A DNA stretch of 30,451 nt, taken from positions 1-30,451 of the IMG/VR virus record IMGVR_UViG_3300025898_000004. The stretch is one strand, 5' to 3'. Made by a program: the position numbers and the translations under genes. Below, piece by piece: positions 4,603 to 13,588 of this stretch (positions within the stretch are counted from its first letter, which is position 1; each line of letters starts with the position of its first letter). The DNA is from a virus. Taxonomy: Duplodnaviria; Heunggongvirae; Uroviricota; Caudoviricetes. The notes below the pieces were generated by a model. It ran no database searches and was not told the origin of the DNA. It saw only the letters and a program-made list of their open reading frames with translations.

Positions 4603-5196
4603 TCAGACACCGCGCAACCGCCCCAAACCCGCGCGCTGGGCGAACACCTCATGCCGGGCCGCCTCACACCGCATCCACACCGCCCGATCCCAATACGCAT
4701 CCGTCAACGCGTTGTGCGCCGAGTGCTGCGCCGGCAACTTCGGGTGCCCGCACTCCTCCCACCGCTGCCGCAACTCGTGCGTGAACATCGGGATCCCCGT
4801 CGGAAGCCCCGACATCGGCCCGAACAGCTGGGCCAACGCCACATGGTCGTACGCGGCGAACCACGCCCACAACTCCACCGGCTCCCCCGGCGACAACAGG
4901 AACGTCGCCACGTCCGCCGCGATCTGTGTTCGGGGCTTCACGTTCCCGAAGTCCTTGTGCGACCGGTCCCACTGCCACCACCGCTCACCGCCCCGGCTCT
5001 CCTTGTGCCCGGGAAGGTGCACCATCACGTTGTCCGGCAACCACGGATGCGCCATCGCATCCAACATCACCTCAACATCGTTCACCACGGCGTAATACGT
5101 GTGGCCCTCTTCATCCACCAGACCGATCGAGATCAACCGAATCGTGCGGCCGTCGTCGATGAACTCCGTGTCATAAAAAACGCGCCGTGCACTCAC
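4603..5196 (-). CDS. DEDDh 3'-5' exoribonuclease, Rv2179c/RNase AS-like
   Basis: FYDTEFIDDGRTIRLISIGLV; WAWFAAYDHVALAQLFGPM..LP.GIPMFTHELRQ; HNALTDA. Confidence 0.9.
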   Translation of the reverse strand: MSARRVFYDTEFIDDGRTIRLISIGLVDEEGHTYYAVVNDVEVMLDAMAHPWLPDNVMVHLPGHKESRGGERWWQWDRSHKDFGNVKPRTQIAADVATFLLSPGEPVELWAWFAAYDHVALAQLFGPMSGLPTGIPMFTHELRQRWEECGHPKLPAQHSAHNALTDAYWDRAVWMRCEAARHEVFAQRAGLGRLRGV

Positions 5197-5408
5197 TTTT
5201 GCCCCTTCTGTAGCAAATCAGCAATGCTCGCGACAAGCGGACCGTTCTGGGACAAGCCATCCCCGCACCGCCACACCGCGAAATCCGGCTCCCGCACCTC
5301 CGGGTGCCGCGTCAACCACGTGATCAACTCATGCCGCACGGTGAACCCGGCGACCGGCATAGCGCCTGTACGCATCACCACATAAACACACGTGCTCCGC
5401 GCCATCAC
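5193..5408 (-). CDS. Hypothetical phage protein
   Basis: 4-nt overlaps with both neighbours. Confidence 0.7.
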   Translation of the reverse strand: MMARSTCVYVVMRTGAMPVAGFTVRHELITWLTRHPEVREPDFAVWRCGDGLSQNGPLVASIADLLQKGQK

Positions 5409-5617
5409 TCCATCCTCTCATTCCACATGTGATTACACTGGACACACTCCCGATACACACCCGGGTCACGGGCGTCAACCCGAGTCAGATAGTGCACCCC
5501 GAAAAGGCCGCACGAAGGACACCGCCCCGCCAATTCAAACAACGGGGCAATGTCCCACTTCGTCACACCATGGACCCCGAAACCCGCACGACCGAACGGG
5601 TCTTCGTCCACCATCAC
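5405..5617 (-). CDS. Putative Zn-ribbon protein
   Basis: CPSC...ECVQC; coupled overlaps. Confidence 0.7.
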   Translation of the reverse strand: MMVDEDPFGRAGFGVHGVTKWDIAPLFELAGRCPSCGLFGVHYLTRVDARDPGVYRECVQCNHMWNERME

Positions 5618-7878
5618 AAATCTTCCAGATCAAATTCCTTCAACAGCGCCCAGTCCTGTTCCTTCGGCTTGATCACGTGCCCACGCGCCGGGTTCCACGG
5701 TGCCGGCTTGAACTCGTCGATCGGCAACACCACCGCTGCGCCCGCACGGCCGGAACGATCTACTTCCGGTGCCGGCACCGGAGTTTCATCGATACCGAAC
5801 GCGGACGGATCCAAACCACGCGACCGCAAGAACGCAGCCGTCACCGAGCTACGCTCCATCAGACCCTGCTGAACATCCACGTCCACAGTGCCGGGAACGA
5901 TCAGGTGAATAAACACGACCGGCCGTGTCTGGCCGGGCCGGTCCTGCCGCTTCAACGCCTGGTCGTAATCCCCCAGCGAATGACCCTTCGAATACCAAAC
6001 CCCGTACCGCGCCCGGGTGAGATCCACACCCGTGCCGCCCGACTGAATCTGAACCCCCACGACATCCGCAGACTCCGACATCTCCCCACGCGAAGACAAA
6101 CCGTCGGCCCGGCGACCCGAAATCTCCGCGTACCGAAGCCCCGCATCCTCAACCACCTTTTTAATGGCGTCCAGGTCGCTTTTGAACTGGCAATACACGA
6201 TCACCGGTTCCGGGCCGCCGGCACGGTCGGGAACACAGCCGACATCGGACAGGATCTCCGCCAACGCGTCGGCCTTCGCCGTCGACACGCGATAGGACTG
6301 CCGAATCGTCTTACCGCGCTCATCCTCTTCTCCGTCATCGGGTAGCGTGCCGCCGGTCAACTGCATCAACCGCATGATCCGGGCGATCACGTTACGCGGC
6401 ATCAACACCGCGTCATCTTCGTCGATTTCTTTTCCCTTGGCGAATTCGCGCAAATCGGCGAACATGCGATCGTCCAGGTCCCGGTATGCTTTCCACGCGG
6501 CCGGCTCCAACTCGACCTCACGCGTGACATGTTCCACGCCCGGCAATTTTAGGTCGATCGTCGGCCGGTACATGATGGAATGCACCTTGTCAGAGAACTC
6601 CTCGGCAAACGCAGGTTTGATCACCGACGGGAATTCTGTGGTCTTCATGTAGAAGTCGCCCGCCTTGGAGCGGGTCTTGATTTGCGCCTCCTGCATTTCG
6701 ATGTACTTCGCCTTGAACGGCGTCCACACGTGCCCGAAAATGTTCGGGTCCAACGCCCGGTATACACCGAAAATGTCCCAAGGGTGTTGCGGCATGGGGG
6801 TTCCGGACAGGCCGATACGACGCTTCGAGAAATCCACCCACTTGCCGGCGACTTTCGAGCCCTTCCCGGTCGGCGACTTCAGGCGGTGAATCTCGTCATA
6901 AATGACCATGTCGAGTTTCTGAAGCGGAACCCATGACGCGATCGGCTCCCGCGACAACATCTCGTAGTTGAACACCGCCACATGCACCGGTGCGCCACAC
7001 GTGCAGTCGAACAGGCACTCTTCGGCCTGGTGAAGCCGCTCCGCCACCTGAAGATCCTGAGGCAGCGCGCCCTTCCGTTTCGCTGGCCGCTTCCCATCCA
7101 CGATGTGCCACGGCCGCGCCGACCACTTCGCGACCTCACGCGGCCACACACCCCGAACCTTGTTCGGGCACACGATCAGCACCTGGGCCGCGTCCACCGC
7201 GTTCACGGTGGCGACGGTGGACGCGGTTTTTCCGCCACCCATCGGGACCGCGATCATGGAAGCGGACACGGCGGAGGAGTACGCCAGCGCGCGGCGCTGG
7301 TGCTCCCACAGCGGCGACAGGACCAGGTGGCCGATGTCGGAGTCCGGGGCCGGGTTGTCCGGGTTGAGCACGTCGCGATGCGCACTGGCCGCCTGGTCAG
7401 CCAGCGCCAGCACATACGGCGTTACCTCCGGATCGTGCCCGGACAGCAGGGCCAGCACCCCGGCCGCGCCGACTGGTGTCGGAGAGAGGTGCCACTCCTT
7501 GTGACGATTGTCGAACTCCGCGTGCAGACCCAGTTTCAGGTTCTCGTTCACGCCGAACGGGGCGTGCCGGATAGCGATGCGCCCGTCACCCCGGATCAGC
7601 ACCTCCGGCCGCTGACCGGAGGTGACCGTCACGGGCGGCCGGGCCTCCACGCGCGGGCCGGGAAGCGCCACGCCCTGGGCGGCCAGCCGCGCCCGGTGCC
7701 GGTGCAGCACGCGCCACGCCAGGGCGGCCTGAAACCGGTTCAGTTCGCGGCCGACACGAACGACGGCAGCCAGCTCCGCCAGGGTGCCCAACTCACTGTC
7801 CGGGATCAGCTTCTGGTCCACGGCCGCCAGTAGCGCGGTTTCCGTGGCGCGTACGGGGTTGTCCGTTGTTTCGGTCAT
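5614..7878 (-). CDS. SNF2-family (SF2) helicase/ATPase with N-terminal extension
   Basis: LWEHQ, PMGGGKT (Walker A), YDEIHRLK (Walker B), LSGTP (III), QSGGTGVDLT (V), QALKRQDRPGQ (VI). Confidence 0.93.
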   Translation of the reverse strand: MTETTDNPVRATETALLAAVDQKLIPDSELGTLAELAAVVRVGRELNRFQAALAWRVLHRHRARLAAQGVALPGPRVEARPPVTVTSGQRPEVLIRGDGRIAIRHAPFGVNENLKLGLHAEFDNRHKEWHLSPTPVGAAGVLALLSGHDPEVTPYVLALADQAASAHRDVLNPDNPAPDSDIGHLVLSPLWEHQRRALAYSSAVSASMIAVPMGGGKTASTVATVNAVDAAQVLIVCPNKVRGVWPREVAKWSARPWHIVDGKRPAKRKGALPQDLQVAERLHQAEECLFDCTCGAPVHVAVFNYEMLSREPIASWVPLQKLDMVIYDEIHRLKSPTGKGSKVAGKWVDFSKRRIGLSGTPMPQHPWDIFGVYRALDPNIFGHVWTPFKAKYIEMQEAQIKTRSKAGDFYMKTTEFPSVIKPAFAEEFSDKVHSIMYRPTIDLKLPGVEHVTREVELEPAAWKAYRDLDDRMFADLREFAKGKEIDEDDAVLMPRNVIARIMRLMQLTGGTLPDDGEEDERGKTIRQSYRVSTAKADALAEILSDVGCVPDRAGGPEPVIVYCQFKSDLDAIKKVVEDAGLRYAEISGRRADGLSSRGEMSESADVVGVQIQSGGTGVDLTRARYGVWYSKGHSLGDYDQALKRQDRPGQTRPVVFIHLIVPGTVDVDVQQGLMERSSVTAAFLRSRGLDPSAFGIDETPVPAPEVDRSGRAGAAVVLPIDEFKPAPWNPARGHVIKPKEQDWALLKEFDLEDL

Positions 7879-8399
7879 CCTTTTTCTCCATGCTCAAAAC
7901 GGGCGGAACGAGCCTTGATGTAAGCCTGTTTGATATGCCCGCAAAGTTCATTCCGATAGACCCGCCCGGTTTCGAGCCAATCACTAGATGTAAATGAGCT
8001 TTCAATAAACCATCCCAAATCCCCCCAACCAAAATGCTGCACCTTCCCCGTTTGGTCGATGAGAGTATGGGCAGGCAAATCACTGTCGTTCAATATGCGC
8101 GGAATTGGACCAAGAATAAGAATACTCCGCTGTAGATTAATAGCAGCCCTAAACAAGAACCCTTTATCCAAAAGGGCTTCCGAACCCTTCACCTCCACGA
8201 AAGTTCCATGAAGGTGCAAGTCGACAGATTGCCCCCCGGTTTTAAAATCGGGCAAATAGCCAATTCCGTCAATTTCATAACCTTCAGTTTCATACTCCCA
8301 TTTGATACCTGCTGCGTCAAAGAACACAGCCCACCGTGCTTCCAGGCGCGACCGGAAGCGGCACCCGGCATAGCGGGTTTCAATCGCCTTGATCGTCAC
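7875..8399 (-). CDS. Conserved phage protein, probable PD-(D/E)XK-like nuclease
   Basis: IKAIETRYAGCRFRSRLEARWAVFFD..GIKWEYETEGY...YLPDF...FVEVKG; GTG start overlapping upstream stop. Confidence 0.7.
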   Translation of the reverse strand: MTIKAIETRYAGCRFRSRLEARWAVFFDAAGIKWEYETEGYEIDGIGYLPDFKTGGQSVDLHLHGTFVEVKGSEALLDKGFLFRAAINLQRSILILGPIPRILNDSDLPAHTLIDQTGKVQHFGWGDLGWFIESSFTSSDWLETGRVYRNELCGHIKQAYIKARSARFEHGEKG

Positions 8400-8806
8400 A
8401 GGTGCCCCCTGTTCTTCAGCATGGTTTGCCACTTCTCGTAGTTCTCCAGTTCCGCCACCTTGTCCCGCGCCCATTCTTCGCGCTTGTCGGGATGCGGGTG
8501 GCAGGGCTGTACCGGGTCAGGTGGAGCGTCGGACAGTTCGCACGAGCCGGGACAGCACTGGTGAAAGTCCACGGTCGGCCTGCCTTTCACCAACCCGGCA
8601 AGGCTGTCAGGGTCCTTGCGGCACCACCGCCAGTAGTGGCATTGGTAGCTTCCACTTGCGTGCCCGCACCGGCCACAGAAGTACACCCGGCGCGGGTCGT
8701 CCATATCCTGTTCGAACCGGCACTGTTGCGCCACGGTCAACTCTTCGTTCCGTTCGTACGGTTCACGCCAGTTGACGCCGGTTACATCCGTTTTGATGCG
8801 CTCCAT
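8396..8806 (-). CDS. Cys/His-rich hypothetical protein
   Basis: GGAGG RBS; CGRCGH..CHYWRWC..HQCCP.SC. Confidence 0.65.
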   Translation of the reverse strand: MERIKTDVTGVNWREPYERNEELTVAQQCRFEQDMDDPRRVYFCGRCGHASGSYQCHYWRWCRKDPDSLAGLVKGRPTVDFHQCCPGSCELSDAPPDPVQPCHPHPDKREEWARDKVAELENYEKWQTMLKNRGHL

Positions 8807-8834
8807 GTCCGCTTTCACCTCCCCCGTTTGCGGG

Positions 8835-9185
8835 TTACCGGTTTTGCCAATCGATGCCGTGCGATTCGAGGAATTCTTTCGCCCGCTGGTGTGGGCACCG
8901 AAAATTCGGGTCACCGGTGTCGTCATACCAGCCGTGTTCCTGGCAGTGATTGTTGTGGTCGTAGCGGCATGACTCTTCGTCGACAAAGTCGGCGATGAAA
9001 TCAAACGCCAACGCCAACTCCGGTGAGTGCGACCCGTTCAGCGCGTCTACGATGCGTGGTCCTTCGTCCGGGTCGAACATGACGCCCCGGAATTGTTCGC
9101 GTTCCGGTGAGCCGTCGGGGGAGTAGTACAGGTTTCGGGACTGGTGGCGGCCAGTGCGCCAGCGTCCCAGGGAAAAATCAGGCAT
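8835..9185 (-). CDS. Hypothetical protein (MPDFSLGRWRTGR..., C-terminal CRYDH..HCQEH...CPH)
   Basis: TGATG coupling to upstream gene. Confidence 0.65.
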   Translation of the reverse strand: MPDFSLGRWRTGRHQSRNLYYSPDGSPEREQFRGVMFDPDEGPRIVDALNGSHSPELALAFDFIADFVDEESCRYDHNNHCQEHGWYDDTGDPNFRCPHQRAKEFLESHGIDWQNR

Positions 9186-9373
9186 CAGTTCGTGGTCCAC
9201 TTCACGTGAATGCCGCCGAAGCGGTCGCTCATGGCCTTGTCCATGACATAGCGGGGCTCCCCGGGCCTTGTCTTGTTGGCCGCCGCGTCCACGGTGGACG
9301 CCCTGACCTTCTCGTTCTTCCCATCCTTGGGGCCACCGTGGTAGTAGACGTCGAACATGATTTCCTTGGCCAT
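9185..9373 (-). CDS. Small GGPxDG-motif protein (paralog 1)
   Basis: MAKEIMFDVYYHGGPKDG; RBS AAGGAG; promoter upstream. Confidence 0.7.
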   Translation of the reverse strand: MAKEIMFDVYYHGGPKDGKNEKVRASTVDAAANKTRPGEPRYVMDKAMSDRFGGIHVKWTTN

Positions 9374-9411
9374 TGCTCTCTCCTTGATAGACGAAAAACC
9401 CTGGTTAGGGT

Positions 9412-9440
9412 ATTCTAACCAGGGTTTCACGGGTTGTCAA
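9412..9440 (-). promoter_or_regulatory. Promoter with 13-bp inverted repeat over -10
   Basis: TTGACA-N17-TAGAAT; IR 9396-9408/9415-9427. Confidence 0.75.
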
Positions 9441-9444
9441 GACT

Positions 9445-9660
9445 TTAGCGTGGTGGCCAGCGCATCATGCTCAACACCACCAACGCCACCTGGCACGCCA
9501 ACAGCACACCAATCCCGACCCACGCCGCCGGACTCTGCCTCATCGGCCCCGTCGCGATCAACATCTGAACAACGCACAGGAGAACAATTCCCCCCAGGAA
9601 CTTCACCGCCCGGATCACCTCATCCATGATGGACAATGCCCGGACCAGCCTCGCGCGCAT
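9445..9660 (-). CDS. Small membrane protein
   Basis: Two hydrophobic stretches. Confidence 0.6.
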   Translation of the reverse strand: MRARLVRALSIMDEVIRAVKFLGGIVLLCVVQMLIATGPMRQSPAAWVGIGVLLACQVALVVLSMMRWPPR

Positions 9661-9680
9661 CCCCGACCCTCTTTCTGTTA

Positions 9681-9950
9681 CTAACTGTCGACTACCGCCC
9701 GAACGCGATCACACAACAGCGAACCCTCCCAATTGGGAACGAACATCCCGATCTTGTCGAAATCACCGGCCAGCGCCGACAGGGTAGCTGAGCACATCAG
9801 CGTCACCATCTGCGCCGGAACCTCAATGAAATCCGCCGGATTCCCGGCCACGGACTTCACCATCTCGTTGAAATCGTCCACCAGCAGAGCGGCCACCTTA
9901 CGTCGCTTCTCCGACTCGTGAAGCCGCTTATACAGGCCGTCATCGTTCAC
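9681..9950 (-). CDS. Hypothetical protein
   Basis: ORF coupled to upstream gene. Confidence 0.6.
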   Translation of the reverse strand: MNDDGLYKRLHESEKRRKVAALLVDDFNEMVKSVAGNPADFIEVPAQMVTLMCSATLSALAGDFDKIGMFVPNWEGSLLCDRVRAVVDS

Positions 9951-10138
9951 GCCCGCTTCCCCCTCCGGTGCGCCCCGCCCTGCGGCATCGGCTTCCCCGT
10001 CGCCGCCACATGCCGCCGGTTCGCCTCCAACCGGGTAGCCCGGTCCGCCGCCACCTTCGCCCTGGCCTTGTCCTCCAGTGTCGGCCGGACCAGCTTCGCC
10101 GCCGCCCGGCCGTCTACCACCTTCCGCGCCGGAGCCAT
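9947..10138 (-). CDS. Small basic hypothetical protein (MAPARKVVDG...)
   Basis: TGATG coupling. Confidence 0.55.
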   Translation of the reverse strand: MAPARKVVDGRAAAKLVRPTLEDKARAKVAADRATRLEANRRHVAATGKPMPQGGAHRRGKRA

Positions 10139-10308
10139 CAGCGGTCCGCCTTCCACACCCACCGCGTCCCGCCGCCCGTCGGCTTCATATACGCGCCCGG
10201 AGCGTTCGGCGGCCGATACGCGTTCCACGACTCACGAACATCCGTCCGCAACCCATCTTCCGGGCCGCCAACCAACGTCACCGTGATCACTTTCGACTCT
10301 TTGGGCAT
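10138..10308 (-). CDS. Small GGPxDG-motif protein (paralog 2, 56 aa)
   Basis: MPKESKVITVTLVGGPEDG...GAY...RWVW; manually translated. Confidence 0.7.
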   Translation of the reverse strand: MPKESKVITVTLVGGPEDGLRTDVRESWNAYRPPNAPGAYMKPTGGGTRWVWKADR

Positions 10309-10808
10309 CACACACCGTCCTTACTGTGATCGCCGTTGCCACACTTGCGGTGCGTGAACACCAACCGTTCCCCGGGCTGGTCGCCCACGAAGTCCGCGCC
10401 CCACGACTGCCGGTGCAGGTTGAACTGGTCACCGGAGAACACCGTCCGACTGCACCCAGGGCACAGACCCAACGCCATCCGCTCCCACGGCCGCGCCGTC
10501 TGCTCCTGTGCCGGTCGCTCCCGGCCGTTCTCCAACTCCGCCAACAGGTCCCGCTCCAGCTCCGCAAACGCGGGAGCGGCCGTCTGAAGCCGCCGGATCA
10601 GGTCGCGGATGCGGGTCAACTCGTCCGCCAACTGTGCCGCGTCCCGCTCCGCCGTCCGCCGCCGCCGCCGCTCCTCCTCCAGCTGCGCGCACAGCGCGGC
10701 CCACCCGTCCGCCAGCGACAGATACGACTGGCCCACCCGGGCCGCCGCCGCCGTCAGCGTGTCCACCGCGACCTGTGCCGCACTCTGATGCGTGCCCGGC
10801 CGCGTCAC
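10308..10808 (-). CDS. Coiled-coil protein with C-terminal CxxC...H..C motif
   Basis: GTGA coupling; EEERRRRR coil; CPGC...HRKC. Confidence 0.6.
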   Translation of the reverse strand: MTRPGTHQSAAQVAVDTLTAAAARVGQSYLSLADGWAALCAQLEEERRRRRTAERDAAQLADELTRIRDLIRRLQTAAPAFAELERDLLAELENGRERPAQEQTARPWERMALGLCPGCSRTVFSGDQFNLHRQSWGADFVGDQPGERLVFTHRKCGNGDHSKDGV

Positions 10809-10975
10809 TTCCGCCGGCCGCTCCTGTTCGGCTCCCACGTCCACACCCCCTTCTTGACCACGTACGCGCCGTCCTGCTCGTTGCCGGCCACGTTGTACTC
10901 CGTCGCGTCGGCCGACACCATGACCTCTGCGCCGTCGTGGGGGCCACCGACCAACCTGACCTTGTGCTTCGCCAT
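10805..10975 (-). CDS. Small GGPxDG-motif protein (paralog 3, 56 aa)
   Basis: MAKHKVRLVGGPHDG...GAY...WTW; manually translated. Confidence 0.7.
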   Translation of the reverse strand: MAKHKVRLVGGPHDGAEVMVSADATEYNVAGNEQDGAYVVKKGVWTWEPNRSGRRK

Positions 10976-11163
10976 CACCCATTCCCGCCTTTCTTATTGT
11001 CCGGAACCCAGCACCAACGGTCACCCGCCGGCCACTGGTGAAGATCTTTCACATACGCGCCGCCATGCGCCCGGTTCGATCGGTAGGTCAAGACATCGAC
11101 AGGCACGGAGACCTCTTGGCCATCCAAAGGGCCTCCGCGCAACTCGACCCGCCGCCTCCTCAC
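10975..11163 (-). CDS. Small GGPxDG-motif protein (paralog 4)
   Basis: VELRGGPLDG...GGAY...WCW. Confidence 0.7.
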   Translation of the reverse strand: MRRRRVELRGGPLDGQEVSVPVDVLTYRSNRAHGGAYVKDLHQWPAGDRWCWVPDNKKGGNG

Positions 11164-11354
11164 GCAGGCAGCCCCGTGTCCCAGTAGAACCGGTCCGGGT
11201 TCTCACCCTCAACCGGGGCGTACCGGCCGCCCTCGGTGAACATCTCGTTCACGCCTGGGCCGACAACCAACACCGCGCCATCCGCCGGGCCCAACATCAA
11301 CTCCACATGCCGCCGGCTGTCCTCTACCGGCACACCGAACCACGGAAACCCCAT
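11160..11354 (-). CDS. Small GPxDG-motif protein (paralog 5)
   Basis: VELMLGPADG...GGRY...FYW. Confidence 0.65.
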   Translation of the reverse strand: MGFPWFGVPVEDSRRHVELMLGPADGAVLVVGPGVNEMFTEGGRYAPVEGENPDRFYWDTGLPA

Positions 11355-11657
11355 CTACTCCTCCCCTTCCGGCGGGACGCCCTTCTCCGCCTCCCGAAGA
11401 ATCCATTCCACGTCACCGCGTGTAATGCGTGGTCGCCCGTTCGTCTCCACATCCAACCGGTTCGCCTTGCGCCACACGTGGTCGATCAGGGCTTCGGTGA
11501 CGGGCGGTTGCCAGCCTTCCCAGATCACCGCCCATGTGGCGCGTTCCGCGTCGCCACGAAGCGCTGGGGATGGCGCGCCGATGTAGCTGGACGTCATCCG
11601 CTTGAGCATCGCGGCGGCCAACGCTTCCCGTTGCGCCTCATGGTCTTCCGCGTTCAC
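11355..11657 (-). CDS. Hypothetical protein (MNAEDHEAQR...)
   Basis: GTGA coupling. Confidence 0.6.
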   Translation of the reverse strand: MNAEDHEAQREALAAAMLKRMTSSYIGAPSPALRGDAERATWAVIWEGWQPPVTEALIDHVWRKANRLDVETNGRPRITRGDVEWILREAEKGVPPEGEE

Positions 11658-12409
11658 TCCGGCACCTCTACCGCCTCCTGAAACCGGACAACTTCCGGCC
11701 ACGTCAGATACGTCTTGGTGTGGTCGCCAGCACGCCGCCACAGACTCGTGCCATCAGACAGGTGCCCAAACCGGATGAACGTGGTGTCCCCCTGCGGGCG
11801 CTTGACACGCTGAACCCGTTCAACCGGCTCCGGCGCACCCGGCATGAAATGCTCAGTGGCCGGTTCCGTGGCGGCTGTGCCCATGCTGGTCTTGCGGGAC
11901 GCCTTCACCGCGTCCGTCAGCGTCTTGACCCCATCGGTCGTCATCACCTGGCCGGCGACGAATGTGCCGTTGACCTCATCGCGCACGCGCGACAACAACC
12001 GCGAATCCTTGATCAGGTTGCCGATGATGGCGCGCACATCGTCCACCTTGTCGGTGGCGCGTTCGTCCAGGCCCAGACCGGTCCGGATGAATTCCATCAG
12101 GTCCGACCAGTGGCCTTGAGTGCGGTCCAACTCTCCGTTCAGGCGTTCACACTGCTCGTTCAGCTGGTTGTATTCGGTGTCGGTGCCCCTGCACAGTTCC
12201 TTCCACGCCCCGATCTCTTCCTGGCAGTGCCGAACCTTGTCTTCCGCCGCGTTCACCTCACCCATAAGGGTGTGGATGTTCGCGGACAACGTCCCCAAGG
12301 CGGCCCGCATGTCCCGATAGCTGGGAAACTCGCCGTGCGACAATGCCGGATCCGTGGCCTTGGTCGCGACCTCCAACGCGTTATGCAAAGTCGCCGTCAT
12401 CGTGTGCAT
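11654..12409 (-). CDS. Coiled-coil hypothetical protein
   Basis: 251 aa ORF, RBS GAAGG/AGGAAG, heptad-rich middle. Confidence 0.7.
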   Translation of the reverse strand: MHTMTATLHNALEVATKATDPALSHGEFPSYRDMRAALGTLSANIHTLMGEVNAAEDKVRHCQEEIGAWKELCRGTDTEYNQLNEQCERLNGELDRTQGHWSDLMEFIRTGLGLDERATDKVDDVRAIIGNLIKDSRLLSRVRDEVNGTFVAGQVMTTDGVKTLTDAVKASRKTSMGTAATEPATEHFMPGAPEPVERVQRVKRPQGDTTFIRFGHLSDGTSLWRRAGDHTKTYLTWPEVVRFQEAVEVPE

Positions 12410-12443
12410 TTTCTTCTTCCACCTTCCCGTGTCCTGAGTGATG

Positions 12444-12480
12444 CGCCCAGCCAGCCGCCCTCTCGCTGGCTGGCCGGGCG
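12444..12480 (-). terminator. Possible terminator hairpin after DUF2786 gene
   Basis: CCAGCCAGC/GCTGGCTGG 9-bp stem; no U-tract. Confidence 0.4.
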
Positions 12481-12490
12481 TTGTCGTGGA

Positions 12491-13264
12491 TTACTGGGCC
12501 AAGGCCTTCCGCGCGCCGAACCGAGTCTGGTTCAGGTCCGCGCGCCGGCCGCCGGCCTGGCCCGCGCCGTAACCCGTCATGTTGTAAGTACGCGACTTCC
12601 GCTGCCCCGTCTTCGGGAAATACTCCTTGAACTTGTTCTCCACCAACTCCATGCGGGAAGCCAGTACGAGCGCGGTTCCCGGGGCTCCGTCGCCGGCCGC
12701 CGTGTGTTCGGCCTGGTTCTGTCGGGTCGCGTGCTCCGCGATTTCGGTCAGTCGTTCCGAGATCGTGGCGGAGAAACCCGCCATGTAGGAGGCGCGTAGA
12801 TGCCGGGTTCGCGCTGCGACTTCCGTGCCTGTGTAGTACCCGCCGTAGCTGTCGGCGGACAGCTTGGCCGCGCCGGTTTCCGACTGCACCAAGAGAAGCG
12901 TGTACAGGAATTCCACGCGCTCCAGGTCGGAGGAGTGTCCGACGACATCAGTGGCAAGAACGGACTTCCCCTTGGGGTACATGAGCGTCTTGCATCCCAG
13001 GGCGACGGCGATACCGCGCAACAGGTTGTGCTTCTCGTAGCTGTATGGATTCTGGAAGCTGACCCGAATCTTGGTGATGGTGTCGGCCGTCTTCTGGCCG
13101 GTAGCTTCCAGCATGGCCTGTTGGATGCCGTGCGCGGCCATCAGCTTCATGGCGTGCGCGCGGAAGGCGTCGGCCTCTTCCTCGCTGTCCGTGCGGTTGG
13201 CCTTCTCCATGAGGCCCCGAATACGGTTCAAGGTCTTCGGGTTGACGTTCTCCGGGTCGGTCAC
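12491..13264 (-). CDS. DUF2786-domain protein
   Basis: TLNRIRGLMEKAN.T..EEEADAFRAHAMKLMAAHGI; C-terminal GYGAGQAGGRRADL. Confidence 0.85.
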   Translation of the reverse strand: MTDPENVNPKTLNRIRGLMEKANRTDSEEEADAFRAHAMKLMAAHGIQQAMLEATGQKTADTITKIRVSFQNPYSYEKHNLLRGIAVALGCKTLMYPKGKSVLATDVVGHSSDLERVEFLYTLLLVQSETGAAKLSADSYGGYYTGTEVAARTRHLRASYMAGFSATISERLTEIAEHATRQNQAEHTAAGDGAPGTALVLASRMELVENKFKEYFPKTGQRKSRTYNMTGYGAGQAGGRRADLNQTRFGARKALAQ

Positions 13265-13305
13265 GGGAAACTCACTCCTCGGTTGGCGGTGCGCTGACAG
13301 AAAGA

Positions 13306-13334
13306 ACTCTAGCCGACTCCGGGAGGGATGTCAA
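13306..13334 (-). promoter_or_regulatory. Cassette promoter
   Basis: TTGACA-N17-TAGAGT. Confidence 0.8.
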
Positions 13335-13373
13335 CTCCTTGGGTAGGAAAGAGGACAACCACCCTCCCCAAAT

Positions 13374-13574
13374 TCATCCCGGGCACACATCCCCGATGTG
13401 AATCGATCGCACCCGACCCGGCGCGACCAACACGATCCGGCCGGAACGACCCGCCACACACGACACCGCGCCCGACACGCTCACCGCCGTCACGCGATAC
13501 ACCACAGAAGGCACGCAACCGGACACCGCCACGCCGGCCGCAACCAGCGCCACAGCCACAAACATCTTACGCAT
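13374..13574 (-). CDS. Small lipoprotein
   Basis: MRKMFVAVALVAAGVAVSG-C signal peptide with lipobox. Confidence 0.65.
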   Translation of the reverse strand: MRKMFVAVALVAAGVAVSGCVPSVVYRVTAVSVSGAVSCVAGRSGRIVLVAPGRVRSIHIGDVCPG

Positions 13575-13588
13575 TACCCTAATTCCTT

